Below, piece by piece: positions 23,401 through 35,310 of a stretch of 64,000 bases of DNA. The translations under genes were made by a program, and so were the position numbers. The notes beneath the pieces were generated by a model. The model was not told the DNA's origin. It searched no databases and saw only the letters and a list, made by a program, of their open reading frames with translations. The DNA is from Phyllobates terribilis. Taxonomy: Eukaryota. Within the stretch, counting starts at the first letter, position 1, and each line of letters begins with the position of its first letter. The stretch is from the NCBI RefSeq assembly GCF_046119375.1, contig NW_027362765.1:485708001-485772000 (forward strand). The letters are read 5' to 3'.

Positions 23401-24596
23401 TAAACCCAGAGGTTGGATTTCCTACTAATTATTTCTGGAACTTTTCTGGAAGGAAATCCACAAGTCTTATCAGCACTGAAGGATGCAAACTTTAGTGCAC
23501 AGTTGCCCAATTAAGCTTAAAAAATAAAAATAAATAAAGACTGATTAAAAATTAGCACTTGTAAAAAAAAATTCTGCACATATATCCACCGGTGATCCAA
23601 AGCAAAATCTGCAACACCATTTTTTATTTTCACTGACATTCATTTGGAAAATTAGCAATCCAGGTCAATTTCCAAATGGAAAAAGTCTGCACTGTGTGAA
23701 TGAGATCTACAAAATCTTTACATTATATTATAGTCTGTTCTTTCTTAAAACATGACTTAATTTTAGCATGCTTGGATTAGCAGACATCTGGAGATTTTAG
23801 TGATAGTATATGATGCCACGTGTATAAGCACAATTCTTGTGGAGAGCGCTGGTCCATGTCCCTCATTATAGATCTCCGCAGAAAGTCAGACAGGGGTCTT
23901 CAACTTAAAGGGGTTGTCCAGGCTTGGGACAAACAAAAGTCTGCAGTCTGTGTGACGCTACTGACTGTGTTCCCCAAGCTAGCAGGCAGTCACTGCTTGT
24001 GTGCAATCTGCAACTGGACTCAGCCACTTCTCAGAATTCACTTCTTTTGACAGAAGACAAACAACTTTTTACAACTGTTACCTATAAATTAGGGGGCAGT
24101 TCAGACTACGCATCCAATCTGCTGTTTTACATTGTATATTTTGCATTATGTCAAAAATTTAACCTAAAGCCTGTGAAACATATTAAGCTTTATTCCCCAG
24201 TGACCTGTGGAGTTAGGTAGATTTGATCATATATGACTGGTAGTAAATCATTGTGTAATTCTAATCAAAGGCCGTGTCCAGCAATCAGTCAGTCATTCCA
24301 CTCATTACGCTGTTCACACCTCTCACATTTAAATGATTGGCATTCATGAACGTCATTTATTGTATTTGGTCAGTCTATAGATTTGTCTATGAGTTCATGC
24401 ATCTATCGCTCTGCTCTACATGGAGACATGATCCATCCACGTAATACAGAAAACCACTGCAAACAATGTGCAGGTTTTGCAGCAGATTGAGCAAAATTGA
24501 AGTAGTAGTTTGACAAAACTGGAGAAAAAAAATGTGGGAACAGAGAGGAGGGAATGTCATACTTCACTACCATCAGAAATCTTGCATCTCACTTAA

Positions 24597-25069
24597 GGCC
24601 ATGTTCACATGTGGCGTTTTTGGTGCTTTTTTTTCATGCAAATTTACAGCTGCGTTTTACAGTACCAGCAAAGTCTATGAAATTTCAGAAATCTCGTGCA
24701 CACACATTGGTTTTTTTTTCCTGTTTTGTCAAAGAGCTGTGTTTTAACAAAATGCAGCATGTCACTTCTTTCAGCATTTTACAGCGTTTTTCACCCATTG
24801 AAAGGAAAAACGCAGCAAAAAATGCAGGTATCAGGTTTTGGTGCCAAAACCTGAGGAAGTTGAATTAGGTTATTTTTTTTGTCACTAAACTTAATCAGCA
24901 TTCACAAGAGACAAATGGACAGTGACAAAAACGCTGTAAAAACCGCACCAAAAACGCATCAAAAATCAAGGAAAACCTGCTATTTTGAGGCAGAAACTTG
25001 ACTGCCAAGAGAGCAGGTTTTGGTGCAAAAAACAAAAACGCACCAAAAATACCACATGTGAACATAGCC
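24597..25069. mobile_element. Harbinger-type MITE
   Basis: TAA|GGCCATGTTCACATGTGG ... CCACATGTGAACATAGCC|TTA; same family as 60728-61123. Confidence 0.8.
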
Positions 25070-25072
25070 TTA

Positions 25073-25753
25073 GGCTACCTGCCCAAGATCAGTATTTGGT
25101 GAGTTTTTGGTGTTGCAGATTCTCTGCTACAATTTTTCACCCATTAGTCAAATTAGGTTACTTGTGGTTTTTTTCATTGGGTTTTTGTCTATTTTTGGTT
25201 TGGTTTTAAATAAACCTGTTTTTTTTTTTCGATACTTCCTGGTATTTGGCTTTGACAAAACTTTCTAGATACAGTCATGTGCGAATATGCACGAAAAACA
25301 TGTGTTTTTTACCAGCAGATTTTCCTCATCTAATGGAATTTTATGGGGAAAATCTGCACATAAAACTTGGTTTATGTCAGCTTACACTGCAGAAAAAAAA
25401 AGGCAGAGCAGGCATGAGATTTCTGTAAATCCCATCCACTCTGCTGGAACTGTAAGGGTATGTGCACACATTAATTATTTGGTGCAGAAATGTATGCACA
25501 GATTCTTAGCAGGAAAAAACGCTGCATAAAATTGGAGAGTTTTGCCGCGTGTTTGGTGCGATTTTTCCCAAATCATAAGTTTGAATTACATCTACAGCAA
25601 AAACGCTGAAAGAATTGACGTCCTGTAGATTTAAATCTGAGCCAAATCTGCAGGGAAAAAATAACGTGTGCATGAGACTTCAGGCCCTAAGACACTGCGT
25701 TTTTGATGCAGTGAAAATACGCAGTGTAAAAAACTCATTGTGGGAATACAGCC
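25073..25753. mobile_element. Degenerate Harbinger-type MITE(s) abutting the previous element
   Basis: TTA|GGCTACCTGCCCA ... TGGGAATACAGCC|TAA, with a further internal GGGTATGTGCACAC terminus near 25457. Confidence 0.5.
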
Positions 25754-26308
25754 TAACAACGATAAATAAAATAATCACTAGCTATATAAATGCACAAGAC
25801 CTCCACTCTCTTCCTATGGTATATAAAGAAAAGCCGAGCTTGTGTCACATCAGTAGCTCTCCCTATCATTTATAATAATCTGATTCTCATGCAGATCAGT
25901 GTCTGACCCATAGTCCTGAGCAGCTCATTTACATAGAAGAAAAGCATGGATATCTGGAATAAGACCGCAGATATCAAGGTATTGTATTCAATACATGCCC
26001 ATATAGACGGCATAGGAAGGTTAACAGTGGCAGATACCAGTGGCGTACCGCCAATGGCGGCAGACCACGCCACTGCTATGGGGCCCGTGGCCGGAGGGGG
26101 CCCGTGAGCCGGGAGGGCCCCAAGCAGCGAGGGAACGAGGAGGATAGGTGAGTAGGAGGTTGCGGCGGCAGAGGAGCGGGTTGCGGCAGTGGAGGAGCGG
26201 GGCACACGCAGTAGCCCCTGCCGCAGCTACTACGTGTGCCCGCTGCTAAAGGGACATGAATATTCCCTCTTCTCCACTCCCATGGGCGTAGAGAAGAGGG
26301 AATATTCA

Positions 26309-26990
26309 TTACATAGTTACATAGTTACATAGTTTATAAGGCCGAAAAAAGACAAGCGTCCACCCAGTTCAGCCTATTTCTTGTGCACTGCAGCTATTCC
26401 GCAGCGTTGATCCGGGGGAAGGCAAAAAAAAAACATGCGGTATAGGCCAATTTACATCACTGAGGAAAAATTCACTTCCCGACTCCAATCTTGCAGTCAG
26501 ATTAAATCCCTGGATTAATTAACTATCACTAAGCATAGGATGTAATTTTATTGTTCTCAAGAAAGGCGTCCAGGCCTCTCTTGAACTCATTAAGCGAGTT
26601 GGACATCACCACTTCCTCCCCCAGAGAGTTCCAGAGTCTCACGGCTCTGACCGTAAAGAATCCCCTTCTATGCTGGTGCAGGAACCTCCTTTCCTCCAGA
26701 CGCATAGTGTGCCCCCTCGTCTTTGTCACCATCCTTGGTATAAACAGGTCATGGGAGAGATCTCTGTACTGCCCCCTGATGTATTTATACATGTTTATGA
26801 GGTCTCCCCTAAGCCTTCTCTTTTCCAACGTAAATAGGCCTAATTTTGACAACCTCTCTGGGTATTCTAGTTCCTCCATTCCCTTTATTACCTTAGTCGC
26901 CCTCCTTTGTACCCTCTCTAGCTCCAATATATCTTTCCTGAGCACCGGAGCCCAGAACTGTGCACAATATTCTAAGTGCGGCCTTACCAG
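26309..26990 (-). mobile_element. CR1 LINE 3' fragment (ORF2 C-terminus, 3' UTR, octamer tail)
   Basis: ALVRPHLEYCAQFW.P...DI.ELERVQRRATK.IKG...Y.ERL..LGLFTLEKRRLRGDLI..YK...TRGH...FFTVRAV.LWNSL is the CR1 ORF2 end. The tail is (TATGTAAC)x3 at 26309-26333. Confidence 0.95.
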
Positions 26991-27159
26991 CGCTGAGCCG
27001 CGGCTCCTGTCAGTGCCCGCTGCTAAAGAGAAAGCATATTCACGCTTCTTCACGCCCATAGTCTCGGCGTGGAGAGGAGTGAATGTGCCGGCAGCAGCTC
27101 ACCTCGGCTTCTGAGAGTGCGCGTGGCTCAGATGCCGACATGAGCTGCGGCACAGGACT

Positions 27160-28101
27160 CAGCGCTGGAGCAGAGGTGAGGAAGGAAGGTGAGTATAAGT
27201 GTTTATTGTTTTGTGTGCAGTGATTGGGGGATGAGGGGGCCACACATACCAAATTACTTGGATTGAGGAGGCCACACATACCAGGAATGGGGGATTGAGG
27301 AGGCCACACATACCAGGATTTGGGGATTGAGGAGTCCACACTTACCAGGATTGGGGGATTGAGGAGGCCACACTTACCAGGATTGGTGGATTGAGGAGGC
27401 CACACTTACCAGGATTGGTGGATTGAGGAGGCCACACTTACCAGGATTGGTGGATTGAGGAGGCCACACTTACCAGGGATTGGGGGATTGAGGAGGCCAC
27501 ACATACCAGGATTGAGGAGGCCACACATACCAGGATTGGGGGATTGAGGAGGCCACACATACCAGGATTGAGGGGTTGAGGAGGCCACACATACCGGGGT
27601 TGAGGAGGCCACACATACCAGGATTGAGGGGTTGAGGAGGCCACACTTACCAGGATTGGGGGATTGAGGCCACACATACCAGGATTTGGGGATTGAGGAG
27701 GCCACACATACCACGATTTGGGGATTGAGGAGGCCACACCAGGATTGGGGGATTGAGGAGGCCACACCAGGATTGGGGGATTGAGGAGGCCACACATACC
27801 AGGATTGAGGGATTGAGGAGGCTACACATAGCGGGATTGAGGAGGCTAGACATACCAGGGATTGTGGGACTGAGGGGGCCACACATACCAGGAATTGGGG
27901 GATTGAGGAGGCTACACATACCAGGGATTGTGGGGGCCACAGATACCAGGGATTGAGGGGGCCACACCTACCAGGATGGAAAATTTAGCTGCTGCATTTC
28001 CCACCTTAGGCTTATACTCAAGTCAATAGGTTTTCCCATTTTTATGTGGTAAAATTAGGGGCCTCGGCTTATATTCGGGTCAGTTTATTTAAAATATACG
28101 G
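27160..28101. mobile_element. Partial Tc2-like MITE with minisatellite (27200-27970)
   Basis: Right terminus ...GGCTTATATTCGG...TATACGG|TA at 28101; about 30-bp GGGGATTGAGGAGGCCACACATACCAGGATT units. The left terminus was not found. Confidence 0.65.
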
Positions 28102-28149
28102 TATTTTAAAATCAGTGAGTACGTGGTGCCCATAATACTGCAGGACTGT

Positions 28150-28620
28150 GGCGTGCATTATACTATATGGGGACTGCATTTTACCCTATGGGGTGTGTAA
28201 TATACTGTATGGAGGACTATGGGGAGTGCATTATATTCTATGGAGGAACATGGGAAGTTCATTATACTATATGGAGGATTATGGGGGGCGCATTATACTA
28301 TATGGAAGATTATCGGTGGTGTATTATACTATATGGAGGATTATGGGGGGCGCATTATACTATATGGAAGATTATCGGTGGTGTATTATACTATATGGAA
28401 GGCTATGTTGGGCCATTATAATATTTGAGGGCTATGTTGGGGGCCATTATACGGTATGAAAGCAATTATACAGTGTGAAGGTTTGTGTGGGGTCCATTAT
28501 ACTGTTTGGAGGGCTGTGTGGGGGCCATTATACTGTTTGGAGGGCTGTGTGGGGGCCATGAGAGTGTATGGAGGGCTCTGTGGGGTTCACAGTTGGGGGA
28601 TTATACTGTGTTAGGGTCAC
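28150..28620. repeat. 30-31 bp degenerate minisatellite (GGGGCCATTATACTGTATGGAGGACTATG-like)
   Basis: Visible tandem units, related to the 20630-20900 array. Confidence 0.8.
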
Positions 28621-30074
28621 CATACTTTGCAGTGGGAGCTGAAGTGGGGTACAATAGGGTCATTATACTGTGCATGTGGAGGAATGCACCATAGGGGTAT
28701 CATACTGTTTGGGGGGCACATTTGTTGGCATAATACTTTATGGGGCAATGAAAGAGGAATCTACGACTTCAGAAGGAGGAAAATTTCTATGTAAAGGCTG
28801 GAAAGTTATGATATCTGCTCTTCTGTGACACAGACAAATATTTATTTATTTTTTGTGGGGGGGGGCCCAATTAGAGCTTCTGCTATGGGGCCCCATGACT
28901 TCTATGTACGCCCCTGGCAGATACCCTTTAAAAAGGAGGCCCAGGTCGCCCATAATGAATCTCACAACAGGATGAACAGTGGAGGCTGTAATGTGAGCAA
29001 AAAATGCACTACTTACATGCAAGCCACAGAAATACCTCTGACAGCCCAATTAACAAAGCCCATGACAAAGCTAAAGGTGAACCGCACGCTGGGTCTGATG
29101 GGTGAACCTGTTCTTCTGGAACAGACATTGGTCCCTGTATCCTGTGTTGAGCCTATACGTATATTGCACAGCTATCTGTTCGCTATCTTGAATGTGTCTT
29201 TGTAGTATTGTGGATTAGGATGTCAGGGGTATTTCTGTGGCCCTCAATGTTCATCCTATTGTCATTGAAAATTGGGGACCTGCCCTTTCTTTAAGACCAT
29301 TAAGGAGAGTCTCCCTTTTCTCCATACCACTTTCTAAGGTTACTTCACCAGCACATTTTTATTCTGCACCTATATGCTTTTAAACAAAGTATGTTTTTTT
29401 TTAAACTTTTGCTAATAGAATGTGGTACGTTTTATTATATGCTAGTTAAATACATACTATATGCATCTGAAATTGACCTTAGACCACATTCAGGCAGCCA
29501 TAATGCCGGCTTCATATTGAAAGTGTATATTTAACCCAAGAAAGGTATCAATTCCACATTTGTGAAGGGTTTCTAAGATTTTTTTTTCCTGAAGGCATAT
29601 ACTGCTGCTCTTGACAAAAAATATACGTCTTCTGTACAGATTTGTATTACAAACGTCTATATGGCCTTCCACCGCTTTATGGTAGATTAAAGGCAAGAAC
29701 ATTAGCCATATATATGCTCATAACCAGGGTCCCAGTATATGTGTAGTCATCGAAAACAAGTAATTAAAAATAAATGGGATTATTATTCTCACCGCCAACC
29801 ATTGGGATCCTAGCAAATTTTTTTGTGTTAAAACTAATTGATTGGCATTATAGACCCTAAAAGACACAATCTCCTTTTAAAAGATAGATCAGTCCCCAGA
29901 TTTTACAATACAAAGTCTAAAAACAGTTAAATAGATCGATTAAACCTGACGAGGCTGGTGTGCTTACTTTGAAAAATCTATTTTTAAAAAATTATATATA
30001 TATTCTATATGTAACTGTATCATGCTTTCTGAAAGTTTAGCTGCTTAATGTTAACATGCTCATTTTTATTTCAG

Positions 30075-30107
30075 AACAATACGGCCATTCTGGCATGGAT
30101 TTTCAAA
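30075..30107 (+). other. Candidate 33-nt exon of an unidentified plus-strand transcript
   Basis: catttttatttcAG|AACAAT...TTCAAA|GTAAGT: both splice sites are strong and all frames are open. Confidence 0.35.
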
Positions 30108-30343
30108 GTAAGTACAGCAGCCTTATCAGGTCTGCAAGATCCCTTTATACCGTTTGTTTTGTGAAATCTGAAGACAGCGCCACTTTAAAGTCACCTTTGA
30201 CTTTGTCACAAATTCTGTATCTGGTATGTTTGGTTTTGTTTCAGAAGCAAGGCACTCTGTAAAGGTGGGTCCACAGGTAGGAAGGAGTCCACTCCGAGAT
30301 TTATTTCTATCGCTGCAGTAAAATAAACCAGTGCTGTTCCTAA

Positions 30344-32225
30344 GGCCTCATTCACACGTCCGTGTTCTGTGTTTTTCATGGATAGGACACGTACCCATTA
30401 TAGTCTATGGGGCTGTTCACATGTCTGTGTTTTTTTCCAACAGCATGGATGACCAGGGTCAATGCAATGTGTCTGTGAAAAACAGGTACAGCACACGGAT
30501 GGCATCAGTGTACAGTCCGTGTGCTGTCTGTATTTAACATTACAGAAGAGAAGCTTTGTCATTTACTTATCCATATGTGAAAAACACCGATGACACAGGG
30601 ATCCAAAACACCGATGACACAGGGATCCAAAACACCGATGACACAGGGATCCAAAACACCGATGACACAGGGATCCAAAACACAGGTGACACAGGGATCC
30701 AAAACACAGGTGACACAGGGATCCAAAACACCGATGACACAGGGATGCACAACACCAATGACACAGGGATGCACAACACCAATGACACAGGGATCCAAAA
30801 CACCAATGACACAGGGATCCAAAACACCGATGACACAGGGATCCAAAACACCGATGACACAGGGATCCAAAACACCGATGACACAGGGATCCAAAACACC
30901 GATGACACAGGGATCCAAAACACAGGTGACACAGGGATCCAAAACACAGGTGACACAGGGATCCAAAACACCGATGACACAGGGATCCAAAACACCGATG
31001 ACACAGGGATCCAAAACACAGGTGACACAGGGATCCAAAACACCAATGACACAGGGATCCACAACACCAATGACACAGGGATCCAAAATACAGGTGACAC
31101 AGGGATCCAAAACACCGATGACACAGGGATCCAAAACACCGATGACACAGGGATCCAAAACACCGATGACACAGGGATCCAAAACACCGATGACACAGGG
31201 ATCCAAAACACAGGTGACACAGGGATCCAAAACACAGGTGACACAGGGATCCAAAACACCGATGACACAGGGATCCAAAACACCGATGACACAGGGATCC
31301 AAAACACCAATGACACAGGGATCCAAAATACAGGTGACACAGGGATCCAAAACACCGATGACACAGGAATCCAAAACACAGATGACACAGGGATCCAAAA
31401 CACAGATGACACAGGGATCCAAAAGACAGGCGACACAGGGATCCAAAACACCGATGACACAGGGATCCACAACACCAATGTCACAGGGATCCAAAACACC
31501 GATGACACAGGGATCCAAAACACCGATGACACAGGGATCCAAAACACCGATGACACAGGGATCCAAAACACCGATGACACAGGGATCCAAAACACAGAGG
31601 ACACAGGGATCCAAAACACCGATGACACAGGGATCCAAAACACAGATGACACAGGGATCCAAAACACAGGTGACACAGGGATCCAAAACACCGATGACAC
31701 AGGGATCCAAAACACCGATGACACAGGGATCCAAAACACCGATGACACAGGGATCCAAAACACCGATGACACAGGGATCCAAAACACCGATGACACAGGG
31801 ATCCAAAACACAGAGGACACAGGGATCCAAAACACCGATGACACAGGGATCCAAAACACAGATGACACAGGGATCCAAAACACAGATGACACAGGGATCC
31901 ACAACACCAATGTCACAGGGATCCAAAACACAGGTGACACAGGGATCCAAAACACCGATGACACAGGGATCCAAAACACAGATGACACAGGGATCCAAAA
32001 CACAGATGACACAGGGATCCAAAACACCGATGACACAGGGATCCAAAACACCGATGACACAGGGATCCAAAACACCGATGACACAGGGATCCAAAACACA
32101 GAGGACACAGGGATCCAAAACACCGATGACACAGGGATCCAAAACACAGATGACACAGGGATTCAAAACACAGATGACACCAAATTTTTTTACCTTCATG
32201 GAAACACTGACATCCAAATGGGGCC
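30344..32225. mobile_element. Harbinger-type MITE inflated by a 24-bp minisatellite
   Basis: TAA|GGCCTCATTCACACGTCCGTG ... CACTGACATCCAAATGGGGCC|TAA. Confidence 0.75.
30585..32180. repeat. 24-bp minisatellite ACACCGATGACACAGGGATCCAAA, about 66 copies
   Basis: Directly visible. It explains the four 529-581 aa ORFs. Confidence 0.97.
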
Positions 32226-32928
32226 TAAACCACACTGCTTGATTATACCGCCGCTCATGCCTTCAACAAATTCACTTCCTTCTCCATTTTCTTCCTTGTA
32301 ATCCATTTACCCGAGGAAGATCTGAGTTTTCAGACAAAAATGCTACAATCTTTTTGGATTGCTAAAAAATTGAATAAACTACGGTATGCATCTAATTACA
32401 TAATTTGGAGTTGTAAGGTCTCTTTCTGGACTGATATTTTATATGGGCACCAAATATTATATACATCACTCATTACTATTATGAATACAGCATGATTAGG
32501 GCGCGGTCTGGTAGTATTACTTATGCACTGTACAGTTGTATTATAAGGTCACTGTATTATATATGCATAGTGTGGTGGCATTACTCTTTAACCCCTGCTT
32601 CTGAGGATTGGATTCTTCTAGGATCCTTCCTTCAAAGGCCTTGATATGACCACATCTTCTATTCAATTATATTAACAGTTCAAATTCCTGTTCCCACGGA
32701 GAAATTGTATCATCAGAAACAGATCTATTGTTTGAATCAGATTTTTTTATTACATGTACATGACCTAAGAATAGCTCATCAATGTTAAAGTAGTGGACAA
32801 CCTCTTTATGTTTGTTTTTTTTTGTCATATCACAATCTGTTTAAAAAAAAGAAAAATAAATAGTAATCTTGTATTTTTCACACTAGCCTCTGTTTTTTTT
32901 ATATGACTTATATTTCCTGCCCTTTCAG

Positions 32929-32979
32929 AAAGGGTTTTCAACAGGCTCATTATCATTAGAGGCAGGATTGCTATAGCAG
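32929..32979 (+). other. Candidate 51-nt exon
   Basis: atttcctgccctttcAG|AAAGGG...ATAGCAG|GTAACC. Open only in phase 1-1, compatible with the 30075-30107 candidate. Confidence 0.3.
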
Positions 32980-33105
32980 GTAACCTCTATGCACAGCCGA
33001 TAACACAAGATCCACCAATTACAATAGATGTCACAGCTGACCCTGCTCACCCTTCCTTCACAATGACCTTTAGGACCAACAAGGAGCTGAGCATATGGTA
33101 ATATA

Positions 33106-33560
33106 TGGTCACTGAGACGCACCTAATAACTGATAATACAAACCAAAGAAAATAGTGCACCGAAGTCTTAGAAAACTAAATCCTTTATTGAAGTGAATAC
33201 AATGAATAAGTAACAACCAATAGTTAAAAAACAGAGTAACCAAATGGAGGGCCACAAAAAGCAATAATATATAGTAAAAATAATGAAAGTTGTCAATTAT
33301 TATAGTATATATCCCAGTGCCTATAGAGTATGTCCCTGTGGACAATGCAAAAACAACATGCAATTTATACTAAAGGCAACACTTACAACTTGTGATGAAG
33401 ATAAGGGGTAGTTGCTGGGAGGCCCTGACGCCCCAACGCGTGTTTCACCCTAGCTTTGTCAGGGGGAATCACATTAGATGCTTCAGTACAAAAGATAGGA
33501 TCGAGGTCTGTTTGTTGCAGAATGTACATGAGGATTTCATGAAAAAAAACCTGGAAGTAC
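33106..33560 (-). mobile_element. Penelope-like pseudo-LTR fragment
   Basis: Contains a PLE-type hammerhead motif followed on minus by an AT-rich tail. Boundaries are approximate. Confidence 0.55.
33431..33466 (-). ncRNA. Degenerate minimal hammerhead-ribozyme motif
   Basis: Minus strand: CCCC-CTGACAA-A-GC-TAGG-GT-GAAA-CACGCG-TT-GGGG. Core G8 is changed to A; GAAA is intact. Confidence 0.6.
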
Positions 33561-35244
33561 GAGTCTGGAAAAGCTCCAGGGGCCATTGTGGAAATTGCAA
33601 GATTTTTATTTTTTTATTTTTAATGCAGATTGTGATATGAATAACAAACATTACCAAATTTTAGAAAAATACATTTAACCACAAATCTGAGCTAAACGCC
33701 AGGTAATTTTTGATTAAACTTTCCCTTTAAACCTTTTATTCAAAGATTTGGGTGGTTGTGTGTGTGTTCGCTGATAAATAAATCACTATTTTCTATTTCT
33801 CTAGATCACATTTGGAAGCTATGTAACCAAAAACACAAATTATTCCAAGGTGTTCACACACATTCCTACCACTGTAACCAATTGAGCCAATCCTAAATAT
33901 TTATGGTAAAACAGCGCAAGGGCTGGGCCGTGGGCACGACATGTTTTTCTTGTAAGCATTCCCACACATGAGCAGCTAATACCGCTCTCTATAAAAGCCG
34001 CTCCCCGGCAGGAATTAAGCCGTGTAAGCCCGACTGCCCTAGAAACAAAGCAATATTTCTGAATGGGTTTCCTCATTACTCGGAGAACTGTGCTGACAGA
34101 TGGCTGGTTTGGTACAAAGCATATGCACATTACTGCAAGGCAGCTGCTGTTATACAGCGAGAAGTGGCTCCTCTTTACCTCCACAAGTATACCCGCAGGT
34201 GATGCATGGTCCCGAGGGCAGGAGTCAGCACCCAGATACCACTTGCTTCATTTAACAGCATATTTTAAAGGGAATCTGTCACCAGGTTTTTGCTTCCCCA
34301 TCTTAGAGCAGCTTGATTTAGAGACCCTGATACCAGGGATGTGGCACTTACTAGACTTTTATTGTAGTTTAGATAAACTCTGTTTTATCTGCTGTGGATC
34401 TACTGTTCTGCAATGCTGAGCTCTGTATACCTGAGCACATCGCATTGATTGGCAGCTTTCTGTCTACACCACACAAGGGAAAAAGCTGCCGATGAGTGAG
34501 GTTTAGAGTTGTGGATAGACGGAGCTCATGAATATGGAGGGCTTCATTACTCAAGGTTTGCTAGCGCTCTCAGGAACAACCTCCAGCTGATAAAACAGTG
34601 TTTCATCAAAACTACAGCAAGCAGCCAAGTAAAGGACCAGTGCTGTAATCAGGGTCCTCGCACCAACATTATGCTCTCAGATGAGGTGGTAAAAAACTGG
34701 TGATAGTCTCTTCCAAGGCTCCACTTTTCGGAATTTAGAGTGTATAACTACATGAAATGCTAAAGAAGACCAGTCCGGCAATTCATGCTGCCCAAACCGC
34801 TGGAAGCATGAATCACAGCCAGGCTGCACCATTCTGCAATGTTACGGTGTTTCCGATATAATATACTTTGAAGATCTGGCCGAAGAACATAGTTTGACTC
34901 TCTCCTTGGCTGGCTCTTCCCAGCGCTGCACCAGGTGATTGACAGGTGTCTCCTCACATGTTCATACAAAGAGACCTGTCAATCAGCTGCTGTGCCACTA
35001 ACAAAATCCAGACAGGGGTGACGCTGGACTAGTCTCGTCTCCACCTGTGTTTCCATGAAAATACTCAGGGTGACTAAAAGTCATTGTGATTCTGATTCTG
35101 ATGTTTGAAGAAAGTCACACATCAGACTCACACATCAAAATCAAACATCATCTGAATTTGGCTTGCTTGCAATGTCCCAATGAGTTATAGACAAGTTTGC
35201 ACTGAAAATCATATAACCAAATAGAACGCCTAGGTTTTTACAAC

Positions 35245-35310
35245 GGAGTTTATAGCTTAGTGGTTAGTGCACTGGCTTTGGGACGCAGAATTTTGGGTTT
35301 AAGTCCCATC
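35245..35310 (+). pseudogene. tRNA-derived remnant embedded in a degenerate repeat
   Basis: A-box-like TAGCTTAGTGG at 35253, anticodon-arm-like CTGGC-TTTGGGA-CGCAG, B-box-like GGGTTTAAGTCCC at 35295. Acceptor stem and CCA are not intact. Confidence 0.45.

Larger units (their letters stand above)
26038..28916. mobile_element. Composite hAT non-autonomous element with an exact 8-bp TSD
   Basis: GCAGATAC|CAGTGGCGTAC ... GTACGCCCCTG|GCAGATAC. Contains a CR1 fragment, a partial Tc2-like MITE and two minisatellites. Confidence 0.9.

Noticed and set aside
29944-29975. CTGACGA...GAAA as a third hammerhead
   Set aside because: No stem I/III complementarity or UH site could be formed around the core.
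30556-32301. 581-aa TDDTGIQN repeat protein (ice-nucleation/antifreeze-like look)
   Set aside because: Open in four frames, lies between MITE TIRs, and has no unique N- or C-terminal domain.
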